Origin: a virus | Lineage: Duplodnaviria > Caudoviricetes | Strand: one strand, 5' to 3' | DNA: 49,523 bases | IMG/VR virus record: IMGVR_UViG_3300017780_003812 | Location: 1 to 49,523 of that record | Shown: positions 7,984 through 16,495 of the stretch, piece by piece | Numbering within the stretch: the first letter of the stretch is position 1 | How the letters are laid out: each line of letters begins with the position of its first letter | Position numbers and translations under genes: made by a program | Notes under the pieces: generated by a model | Seen by the model: only the letters and a program-made list of their open reading frames with translations | Database searches by the model: none | Told to the model about the DNA's origin: nothing

Positions 7984-8349
7984 ATGGCAATTAGAAGACC
8001 CGATACACCATTAGCACCAACTCCTGAGCCTATTAGTGGTACTGCTAAAAGCAAATCTACATCTAATGAAAAACAAAAAGATGGTAAGTATTCTGCTTCT
8101 CATACTTCGTATTCAAGTTTCACTAAAGAAGATGGTTCTTCTATGAATACTTTTGCCAAACAAAAGGAAAAAGAAAATGGTAAGATTAAATACAAATCTT
8201 ATGATGTAGCTACTGATGAAAGTGGAAAGCCTACGATGTTACAAATAACTCGTAAAACTAATACCGGAAACGATAGAACAAGGGTTATAACTAACCCTAA
8301 AAAAATAGAACGTAAAATGGAAAGAGTTGCAAAACGAAATGAACAGTAA
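7984..8349 (+). CDS. Basic protein with N-terminal RRPDTPLAPTPEP motif
   Basis: Packed ORF; fourth copy of the shared motif. Confidence 0.75.
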   Translation: MAIRRPDTPLAPTPEPISGTAKSKSTSNEKQKDGKYSASHTSYSSFTKEDGSSMNTFAKQKEKENGKIKYKSYDVATDESGKPTMLQITRKTNTGNDRTRVITNPKKIERKMERVAKRNEQ

Positions 8350-8357
8350 TTTTTTCA

Positions 8358-8365
8358 TATCTTTG
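8358..8365 (+). promoter_or_regulatory. Bacteroidota -7 promoter element
   Basis: TATCTTTG(TA), intergenic, upstream of the tail fibre genes. Confidence 0.65.
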
Positions 8366-8397
8366 TATAATTAATAATCAAATAAAATTAAATTAAA

Positions 8398-8634
8398 ATG
8401 GCAAACGAACAAGTAACACAGGAAGAATTAACAAAAATTCAAGAATTAAACTCAGAGTTTAATAAAGCAAAAATGGCTATTGGAGATGTTGAATTACAAA
8501 AACAACAAATCATAAGCCACATCGAAGGGTTAAAGATTCAGTTTTCAGCACACGAAAAAGAATTAATTGAAAAGTACGGTGCAGATGCAGTCATTAATAT
8601 TCAAACAGGAGAAGTAACGCATAAAACAGACTAA
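8398..8634 (+). CDS. Small coiled-coil protein (possible fibre chaperone)
   Basis: Heptad pattern ending 'EKYG...INIQTGE'; upstream of the tail fibres. Confidence 0.7.
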   Translation: MANEQVTQEELTKIQELNSEFNKAKMAIGDVELQKQQIISHIEGLKIQFSAHEKELIEKYGADAVINIQTGEVTHKTD

Positions 8635-8639
8635 AAAAA

Positions 8640-10364
8640 ATGGCAAAGATTAGTACATACCCGCAACCAACTCCTCCGCAATTAGGAGATTATGTTATTG
8701 GAACAGACATTAGTGATTTGTTAATGACAAAGAATTATCTTTTATCAGACATAATTACTCTTGCTACTACTACTAATCAATTTGTAACAATTGTTGGAGC
8801 ACAGACAATAACCGGTTCAAAGACATTTGACTACGGAACTACGGTAGGTGTTGCGGCTCCTGTAATAATCAACGTGCCGGCTCAAACTCAGGCTATTTCT
8901 CCTGATGGATTACAAATTTACATTAATGGTCAAGTACCAACAACTACTCCCGGACAAATTGCAGGAATAAATATTCAAGCAAGCCTTCTTGATAATATAT
9001 GTTATTTCGGAACTTTATACGGAAATGCAGGAGCTTCAAAAGGTATTGTAATAGAAAGTTTAGATGCTCATAGCGGAAACTTTTTAGAATTTCTAAAAGG
9101 AGTATCATCGGTTTTTACTACTAAATTTAGTGTGGCAAATAATGGAGATACAACTGCAACTTCATTTATAAAATCGGGAGGTCTCTCAACTGAATATTTA
9201 ATGGCAGATGGTTCAATATCTACTTTAACTAATCCAATTTCAGGAACGGGAACAACTAACTATTTACCAAAGTTTACGGGAGCTACTGCTCTTGGAGATA
9301 GTTCAATATTTAATGACAACAATCAAGTCTTAATTGGTACAACTGAGATAGGCACTCCTACTTTTGGTGTTACGCCAAAAATAGTAGTTGCAGATGTTAC
9401 AGGCGGTGTTATAGAGTTAAGAAATCTTGATACAAACATAGCACCCGGTTCTGTATTTGGTAGATTGCAATTTTCAGGAAAAGATGATACAACGGTTGCT
9501 TATGCTACCGCAGCTATCGAAGCTGTAGCACAAACTTTTGCAAGTACAGGTAATGGAGGTGGTGGAATATTAAAGTTTATGACTGCTCCGCAGCAAACCG
9601 GTGGCACTCCTACTGAACGTATGCGAATTAACCAAGATGGTAAAGTAGGTATAGGAACAACTGTTCCAACATCACAGTTGCACTCTGTTGCATCTTTATA
9701 TGGTCCGCTTTCTTACGATGCTCGTTGTGCTATTTTTGGATATAACACAAGTACAGATACTATTTTTAATAATCAAATAGGTGTAGCAGGAAGAGTTGAA
9801 ACATCCGGTGGAAAAGCTATATATGGAGATGCTTCATTTGGTTCAGGATGGGGTGGTTATTTTGATGGTAAAGGATATTTTTCAGGTATTGTAGGAATGG
9901 GAACTACTAATTTTGTTGCTCCCGGTTTTGGAGGAGTCATTCCTGATTTAGCAGTAGCTGATATTACAGGTGCTACTTTACAATTAGCTAATAGTGCAGC
10001 TCCTACATTAACAGGTCAAACATTAGGGGCAATAGAATTTGTTTCTCAAGACTTTGGGGCTAAGTATCTTGCCGGTAGAATAAAAGCTATCTCTGCAAAT
10101 GGAGCATCAGCAGCAGCTTCGGGTGGGTCTAATATTATTTTTGAAACAGGTAATGGAGGAACAGCTTCTACTATTGATGAAAAAATGCGTATTGCTGCTT
10201 CAGGTAATGTAGGTATCGGAACAATTGCTCCGACATCGAAACTTCAAGTTGTTGGATTGGTAAATTATGCAAATAATGCAGCAGCACTTGCAGGAGGTTT
10301 AACATTAGGTGCTTTTTATTATACAAATGTAGGAGGAGATGGAATTTTAAAAGTAGTAATATAA
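8640..10364 (+). CDS. Tail fibre / receptor-binding protein 1
   Basis: G/T-rich; 'ERMRI...GKVGIGTT.P' repeats; 'GTGTTNYLPKFTG...GDS'; MAKISTYP N-terminal module. Confidence 0.85.
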   Translation: MAKISTYPQPTPPQLGDYVIGTDISDLLMTKNYLLSDIITLATTTNQFVTIVGAQTITGSKTFDYGTTVGVAAPVIINVPAQTQAISPDGLQIYINGQVPTTTPGQIAGINIQASLLDNICYFGTLYGNAGASKGIVIESLDAHSGNFLEFLKGVSSVFTTKFSVANNGDTTATSFIKSGGLSTEYLMADGSISTLTNPISGTGTTNYLPKFTGATALGDSSIFNDNNQVLIGTTEIGTPTFGVTPKIVVADVTGGVIELRNLDTNIAPGSVFGRLQFSGKDDTTVAYATAAIEAVAQTFASTGNGGGGILKFMTAPQQTGGTPTERMRINQDGKVGIGTTVPTSQLHSVASLYGPLSYDARCAIFGYNTSTDTIFNNQIGVAGRVETSGGKAIYGDASFGSGWGGYFDGKGYFSGIVGMGTTNFVAPGFGGVIPDLAVADITGATLQLANSAAPTLTGQTLGAIEFVSQDFGAKYLAGRIKAISANGASAAASGGSNIIFETGNGGTASTIDEKMRIAASGNVGIGTIAPTSKLQVVGLVNYANNAAALAGGLTLGAFYYTNVGGDGILKVVI

Positions 10365-10379
10365 TTAAGATAAAATGAA

Positions 10380-12617
10380 ATGGCAAAAATATCTACTTAC
10401 CCATCAGCGGATAACCCCTTATTATTAAGTGATAGGCTGATAGGTACAGAAGCTATTAGACCTGTACCTTCTCCGACTCCGCTTGCGACTAAAAACTTTT
10501 CGTTAGCGGATTTGTTGCAATTATTCTCAGCTAACTTTCCTGCTGCATCACTTCAAGCTGTACTTAACACAGGTAATACTGCTACTCAGAATATTACACT
10601 TACAGGAACTATTACTACCACATTAATCAAGCCTATAAATATTGAGGACACAAGTGGAAGTCAAGGATTAACTTTTCAAGTCCTTAGCAAAGGAACCTCA
10701 AGTATTAATTGGGTAAATATTCCCGTTGATACTCTTCAGGCTGTATTAAACGCAGGAAACACTGCAACTCAAAACATTACTCTTATTGGGGATATTACCT
10801 CAACAAAAATAATTCCCGGTAACATACAAGATGAATTAGGATTTATTGGAATTGCAGGTCAATTACTTTCTAAAACAGCAACCGGAATAAAGTGGATTGT
10901 AAATCCAACTACTTTGACACCCGGTTTAGGAGATGTATTATCTGTTAGTAATACAGCTACTAATAATATTACTTTAATAGGAAATATAACAGCTACTTCT
11001 ATTATAAAATCAGGAGGAACTAACCTTCAATACTTAATGGCTGATGGTTCAGTTACTACCGGAGGTGGAGGTGTTACGTCTGTTACAGGAACTTCTCCAA
11101 TAATTTCAAGTGGAGGAACTACACCTGCAATTAGTATTCCTTTAGGAACATCATTAGTTGATGGTTATTTATCTGCTATTGATAGAACAAATTTTCAAAA
11201 TGCTTATACAAATAGAATAACAAGTTTAACAACTATAGGTTCAGGAGCAGCTACATTAGTTTCTAATGTATTAAATATACCAACGACTTCTTTAACAGGA
11301 TTTGTTCCATATACAGGGGCAACTCAGGCAGTAAACTTAGGTGCTTTCAATTTAACAGTAAATAGTATATCGGTTGGCAAAGGAGCCGGAACAGGACCAT
11401 CTAACACTGTAATTGGGGCATCTGCTTTATCTTCTAATACAACCGGAGGGTATAATACAGCTATTGGATTTGAAGCTTTGCGTACTAATACAATAGGTGC
11501 TGAGAACGTGGCTGTTGGTTATTTAGCTTTGTATTCAAATACAACTTCACAAACAAATGTTGCGGTTGGTAATAGAGCTTTGCAAAATAATGTAGGAGGT
11601 AGTGGAAATGTTGCTGTAGGACACGCTGCTTTACAATTAAATACATCAGGAACTTTTAATCTTGCTGTAGGACCTTATTGTCTGTCTGTAAATACCATAG
11701 GAAATAGTAATACAGCTATTGGATACAATTCTTTAAATGGCAACACAACAGGAAGCAATAACGTAAGTTTAGGACTTCAAGCATCGCTTGCTAATACAAT
11801 AGGTGCTTCAAATACAGTTATTGGAGTTCAAGCTCTTCTAAATAATATTATTGGTAATAATAATACTGCACTTGGTAGAGATGCAGCTCGTTATAGTTCT
11901 GCAGCAAATTTAAACACTTCAACAGAAAGTGTATTTTTAGGATTTAATACAAGAGCATTAAATACCTCATCAACTAATGAGATTGTTATTGGGGCAAATG
12001 CAATTGGCTCAGGAGATAACACCGTTACTTTAGGTCATACATCAATAACAACAACGAGGTTAAGAGGAGCAGTACAAGGTGGTTCATTTGTAAAAGACGG
12101 CGGAACATCTTCTGAGTATTTATTAGCAGATGGTTCTGTTACAACATCAGGACCATCGGGATATAAATATAATTTTTCAGGAAGCGTAACTTTAACAGGT
12201 ACTTTAATAACCACTAACTTATTAACTATAATAATACCGGCAAATTCCTTAAGTGATTATTTGAATCTTAGAAGTTTAATGGTTCAACAATCAGGACCTG
12301 TTTTAGCCGGTTTTCAAATAAGGGTTTGGCATAATAGTGTTAATAATTTTAATACAGCCACAAGAATAGCTAATTTTGCTTTTGGAGGAGGAGGAGCTGA
12401 TTTATTTGCTCAAATGACAAGAAAATTTTCAATACAATCAGGATTATTATTTGGATTTTCATCAACTCCTTCAAATGCTACAGGGGAAGGTTCAAATTCT
12501 AATGCGGCATTATCAATACCTTTCAACACTGCGATAGTAAATTATTTATTTGTCTCTATACAATTAAATAACGTAACAGATACCGCAATATTAAGAAATG
12601 TAAACATAACAAATTAA
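10380..12617 (+). CDS. Tail fibre / receptor-binding protein 2 with YadA-like 'NTAIG..AL..NT' repeats
   Basis: About 10-12 14-residue NxAxGxxAL repeats; 'LQAVLNxGNTATQNITL' repeats; MAKISTYP N-terminus. Confidence 0.85.
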   Translation: MAKISTYPSADNPLLLSDRLIGTEAIRPVPSPTPLATKNFSLADLLQLFSANFPAASLQAVLNTGNTATQNITLTGTITTTLIKPINIEDTSGSQGLTFQVLSKGTSSINWVNIPVDTLQAVLNAGNTATQNITLIGDITSTKIIPGNIQDELGFIGIAGQLLSKTATGIKWIVNPTTLTPGLGDVLSVSNTATNNITLIGNITATSIIKSGGTNLQYLMADGSVTTGGGGVTSVTGTSPIISSGGTTPAISIPLGTSLVDGYLSAIDRTNFQNAYTNRITSLTTIGSGAATLVSNVLNIPTTSLTGFVPYTGATQAVNLGAFNLTVNSISVGKGAGTGPSNTVIGASALSSNTTGGYNTAIGFEALRTNTIGAENVAVGYLALYSNTTSQTNVAVGNRALQNNVGGSGNVAVGHAALQLNTSGTFNLAVGPYCLSVNTIGNSNTAIGYNSLNGNTTGSNNVSLGLQASLANTIGASNTVIGVQALLNNIIGNNNTALGRDAARYSSAANLNTSTESVFLGFNTRALNTSSTNEIVIGANAIGSGDNTVTLGHTSITTTRLRGAVQGGSFVKDGGTSSEYLLADGSVTTSGPSGYKYNFSGSVTLTGTLITTNLLTIIIPANSLSDYLNLRSLMVQQSGPVLAGFQIRVWHNSVNNFNTATRIANFAFGGGGADLFAQMTRKFSIQSGLLFGFSSTPSNATGEGSNSNAALSIPFNTAIVNYLFVSIQLNNVTDTAILRNVNITN

Positions 12618-12628
12618 AATCAAATCAA

Positions 12629-12856
12629 ATGGATATTAGAAAAATATCAATCGGACCTGACTATAAAAGTGGTGCAATGCATTACATAATAGGTCAAAAA
12701 ATTCTTGGAGATTCAAACGAGATTCATCATATTAAACGACAAGCGGAAACGGGAAACGTATTAATTTATATTATTAATAAAAAAGAAGAGATAGTTCTAT
12801 GGAAAGAGTTTACCTTTGCTATTCCAATTTCAATCGAATTTAATATAGACTTTTAA
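12629..12856 (+). CDS. Conserved phage hypothetical protein
   Basis: 'IRKISIG.DYK..AMHY..GQ'; start context aaatcaaatcaaATG. Confidence 0.8.
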   Translation: MDIRKISIGPDYKSGAMHYIIGQKILGDSNEIHHIKRQAETGNVLIYIINKKEEIVLWKEFTFAIPISIEFNIDF

Positions 12857-13419
12857 TGAAATCTCCATTCTACTTCATAGTAAAACCTATGAATGGAAAG
12901 CGTTATGATAATACAAAAGACATAGGAGTAACTGATTTTATAGTTAGTACTTCAGAAGAAGACCATAAGTTTTCTAATAGATATGCAGATGTTATCGAGC
13001 TTCCCATAGGTTATAGTGGTCCTATCACAATAGGAGACACTCTTCTTGTACACCACAACGCATTCAAGTATTACAATGATATGAGAGGTCGTCAAAAAAG
13101 TGGCAAGAGTTTCTTTAAAGATGACTTATTCTTTATAGATACAGACCAATTCTTTATGTATAAAAAAGGTTCTACTTGGAATGCTTATGATAAGTATTGC
13201 TTTGTTAGACCTATTTCTGCTACAGAATACTATATAGAGAAATTTTGTGCCGAAGAACCTTTAATAGGGCAAATGGTATATCCAAACGAATACCTTTTAG
13301 GTAAAGGAATTAAAGAAGGAGATTATGTCTGCTTCTCTCCCGACAGCGAATATGAGTTCACTGTTGATGGAGAAAAACTATATCGTATGTATGACCACCA
13401 AATAACAGTAAAGCTATGA
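12856..13419 (+). CDS. GroES-like (tandem Cpn10-fold) protein
   Basis: Two GroES-like halves: 'FIVKP...IGDTLLVHH' and 'CFVRP...GIKEGDYV.F...EYEF.VDGEKLYRM'. Confidence 0.6.
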   Translation: MKSPFYFIVKPMNGKRYDNTKDIGVTDFIVSTSEEDHKFSNRYADVIELPIGYSGPITIGDTLLVHHNAFKYYNDMRGRQKSGKSFFKDDLFFIDTDQFFMYKKGSTWNAYDKYCFVRPISATEYYIEKFCAEEPLIGQMVYPNEYLLGKGIKEGDYVCFSPDSEYEFTVDGEKLYRMYDHQITVKL

Positions 13420-13982
13420 TAAATATTATAGACAATTTTTTGGAAGAAGATATTTATAACTCTATTTATAATGGATTAGCAAGTAATCAATTTCAAGAGG
13501 TTGAAGTTGGAGACAAAAAGTTTTGGGTTCAATATAGCAGTAAAGAATTTGATAATTTTATTATTGAAAAATTAAGTGATATAGACAAAACTAAAAGAGA
13601 ATGCTTGTTAGGTTTCTTTAGAGTAGCAACCGAAGAGTTCGATACTGATTGGAGAATCCACGCAGACTCAAAAGTAGGCGATATTAGACCCGAAAGAGCA
13701 CTTGTGCTATATATATCTCCATCTACAAAAGAAGGGCTCCACGGAACTGCTTTTTGGAGACATAAGGATGTAGGATACGAGATGCCTTTAGATGTATCTA
13801 ACGAAGAGGCTGATAGGTTTCTTTCAGACGAAGCAAACAACTTAGATAATTGGGATTTACATTCTGTAGTAGGGTACAGACCCAATCGTGCTCTTATGTA
13901 TCCTTCTAATTACTTTCATAGTAAATACCCAAACACGGGTTGGAAAGAAGGCAGAATGGTGTATGTAATGTTTTATAGATAA
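13416..13982 (+). CDS. 2OG-Fe(II) oxygenase (DUF6445-like)
   Basis: 'IIDNFL', HxD 'IHAD', 'GTAFW', 'NRALMYPSNYFHS', C-terminal R. Confidence 0.85.
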   Translation: MINIIDNFLEEDIYNSIYNGLASNQFQEVEVGDKKFWVQYSSKEFDNFIIEKLSDIDKTKRECLLGFFRVATEEFDTDWRIHADSKVGDIRPERALVLYISPSTKEGLHGTAFWRHKDVGYEMPLDVSNEEADRFLSDEANNLDNWDLHSVVGYRPNRALMYPSNYFHSKYPNTGWKEGRMVYVMFYR

Positions 13983-13986
13983 TCGT

Positions 13987-14271
13987 ATGACAGCTAAAGA
14001 AACAAAATTAAAAATTATTGCTGCCGGACATAAGGCAGTATTGGAACTTATTAAAGTTGCAGAAGAGTCTATCTTAAATCCTGATATGGAAGGAGATGAC
14101 TTGGCTGCGGATAAGTTAAAAAACGCAGCAGCTACAAAAAAGTTAGCTATATTTGATGCTTTTGAGATTCTCAATAGAATAGAAGCTGAAAAAGAAAGCA
14201 TTGAAATGGCAGAAAAAGGAGGAAGTAAAACTGATACAAAACAAGGGTTTGCAGAAAGAAGGTCTAAATAG
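13987..14271 (+). CDS. Putative terminase small subunit
   Basis: Helical protein immediately upstream of and overlapping terL. Confidence 0.5.
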   Translation: MTAKETKLKIIAAGHKAVLELIKVAEESILNPDMEGDDLAADKLKNAAATKKLAIFDAFEILNRIEAEKESIEMAEKGGSKTDTKQGFAERRSK

Positions 14272-16495
14272 TTTATATACCGTAGTCAAGGATTACATAC
14301 CTTCCCATTCTATTACTAAAAAGAATGGCAATAAGTCTTGGCTATATGGCTACAATGACCAATATGATGTAACAATAATTTCTAAAACAGGACAAATAGG
14401 AGATATTGTAAATATTGCAGGTCTTTACATTGCATTACCTCCTGCTCCAAAAAAGTGTCTTCAAAGACACAATTCAAGCCCTGAACAGTATTGGGAAAGA
14501 GAGCCGCTACCAAGACAACTTGCAAGAATACAATCAATATTTCAATGGAATGAAATGCCATCTGATTTTAAAAACAGATGGGTTGATTACATTGAAAACG
14601 AATTTGATTGCAGAGAGAATGGTATATGGTTTATGAACAATGGAGTTCCTACATACATAACAGGTTCTCACTATATGTATCTTCAATGGGCAAGTATTGA
14701 TATTGGTTATCCCGACTTTCGTGAGGCGAATAGAATCTATTGGATTTTTTGGGAAGCCTGCCGGGCAGACTCAAGAAGTTTTGGAATGATATACTTAAAA
14801 ATCAGGCGTTCAGGATTCTCTTTTATGTCTTCATCTGAATGTGTGAATGTCGGCACTCTTGCTCGTGATGCAAGGATTGGAATCTTATCAAAAACAGGAG
14901 CCGATGCTAAAAAAATGTTTACTGATAAAGTAGTTCCAATAAATAGCAGACTTCCATTTTTCTTCAAACCTATTATGGATGGTATGGATAAGCCAAAAAC
15001 AGAATTGGCTTTCCGTGTACCGGCATCTAAGATTACAAAGAAAAATATGTATGAAACCGAAAATGAAATAATAGAGGGATTAGATACATCAATAGATTGG
15101 AAAAACACAGACGACAACTCCTATGATGGGGAAAAGTTATTGTTTTTAGCTCACGATGAGTCAGGTAAATGGACTAAGCCTTTTAATATAAAGGAGAATT
15201 GGCGAGTAACCAAAACGTGTCTTCGATTGGGTTCTAAAGTCATTGGTAAGTGTATGATGGGGTCAACATCAAATGCATTATCTAAAGGGGGTCAGAATTA
15301 CAAAGATATGTTTGAGGATTCAGATGTAAAGCATCGAAATGCTAATGGTCAAACAAAAAGTGGATTATATTCCTTGTTTATTCCTATGGAATGGAATATG
15401 GAAGGTTTTATTGATAGATACGGTATGCCTGTTTTTCACAAACCTGATGAACCTGTTATGGGAGTTGATGGTATGATGATAAAAAATGGAGCTATAAACT
15501 ATTGGGAAAACGAAGTTGAATCACTTAAAAATGATGCTGATGCATTGAATGAATTTTATCGTCAGTTTCCAAGAACAGAATCACACGCATTTAGAGACGA
15601 AAGCAAACAATCTCTATTTAGTCTTACTAAAATATACCAACAAATAGACTACAACGATACTCTTATAAAAGAACACTTTACAACACGTGGTTCTTTTCAT
15701 TGGAAAGATGGTATAAATGACAGTCAAGTCATATTTACTCCTGATTCAAGAGGAAGATTTTTAGTTAGTTGGACACCTGCAAAACATTTGCAAAATAATG
15801 TGCAAACAAGAAGCGGAGTTAAATATCCCGGGAATGAACATATTGGGTCTTTTGGATGCGATAGTTATGATATATCAGCAGTAGTTGGAGGCAGAGGGTC
15901 TAATGGTTCTTTGCACGGTCTTACTAAATTTAATATGGATGATGCTCCTTCAAATGAATTTTTCTTAGAATACATAGCAAGACCTCAGACTGCTGAGATA
16001 TTCTTTGAGGAAGTTCTTATGGCTTGTGTTTTTTACGGTATGCCAATTCTAATCGAGAACAATAAACCTCGACTGCTTTATCATTTTAAAAATAGAGGGT
16101 ATAGACACTACAGTCTAAATAGACCCGATAAGCAATATAATAAACTAACAAAAACTGAACGTGAACTTGGAGGAATCCCTAACTCATCTGAAGATGTAAA
16201 ACAGTCTCACGCATCTGCAATTGAATCCTACATAGAGAAATATGTTGGAATAGATTTTACAGGAGATTATAGAGATGGAGGAGATATGGGTACTATGCCA
16301 TTTACACGAACATTAGAAGATTGGGCGAAATTTGACATAAATGATAGAACTAAATTTGATGCATCCATAAGCTCGGGATTAGCCATAATGGCTAACCAAA
16401 AGCATTTGTATGTGCCGGAGAAAAAAGATTCAAAAATAAGTATTAACTTCGCAAGGTATTCTAATGATGGTTCAACAAGTCAATTAATCAAATGA
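14249..16495 (+). CDS. terL: Terminase large subunit (start uncertain: TTG at 14201 or 14249)
   Basis: 'YLKIRRSGFS' Walker A-like, 'LAHDESGKW' Walker B, 'GSTSN', nuclease 'FGCDSYD', 'ILIENN', 'FDASISSGLA'. Confidence 0.92.
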   Translation: MQKEGLNSLYTVVKDYIPSHSITKKNGNKSWLYGYNDQYDVTIISKTGQIGDIVNIAGLYIALPPAPKKCLQRHNSSPEQYWEREPLPRQLARIQSIFQWNEMPSDFKNRWVDYIENEFDCRENGIWFMNNGVPTYITGSHYMYLQWASIDIGYPDFREANRIYWIFWEACRADSRSFGMIYLKIRRSGFSFMSSSECVNVGTLARDARIGILSKTGADAKKMFTDKVVPINSRLPFFFKPIMDGMDKPKTELAFRVPASKITKKNMYETENEIIEGLDTSIDWKNTDDNSYDGEKLLFLAHDESGKWTKPFNIKENWRVTKTCLRLGSKVIGKCMMGSTSNALSKGGQNYKDMFEDSDVKHRNANGQTKSGLYSLFIPMEWNMEGFIDRYGMPVFHKPDEPVMGVDGMMIKNGAINYWENEVESLKNDADALNEFYRQFPRTESHAFRDESKQSLFSLTKIYQQIDYNDTLIKEHFTTRGSFHWKDGINDSQVIFTPDSRGRFLVSWTPAKHLQNNVQTRSGVKYPGNEHIGSFGCDSYDISAVVGGRGSNGSLHGLTKFNMDDAPSNEFFLEYIARPQTAEIFFEEVLMACVFYGMPILIENNKPRLLYHFKNRGYRHYSLNRPDKQYNKLTKTERELGGIPNSSEDVKQSHASAIESYIEKYVGIDFTGDYRDGGDMGTMPFTRTLEDWAKFDINDRTKFDASISSGLAIMANQKHLYVPEKKDSKISINFARYSNDGSTSQLIK
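14454..14470 (+). repeat. Dispersed 17-bp palindromic element, copy 3 (inside terL)
   Basis: agtgtcttcaaagacac, exact. Confidence 0.9.

Noticed and set aside
11400-12030. Tail-fibre repeats as a diversity-generating retroelement TR/VR pair
   Set aside because: The repeats are degenerate protein-level beta-roll repeats; no adenine-specific variant pair or reverse transcriptase seen
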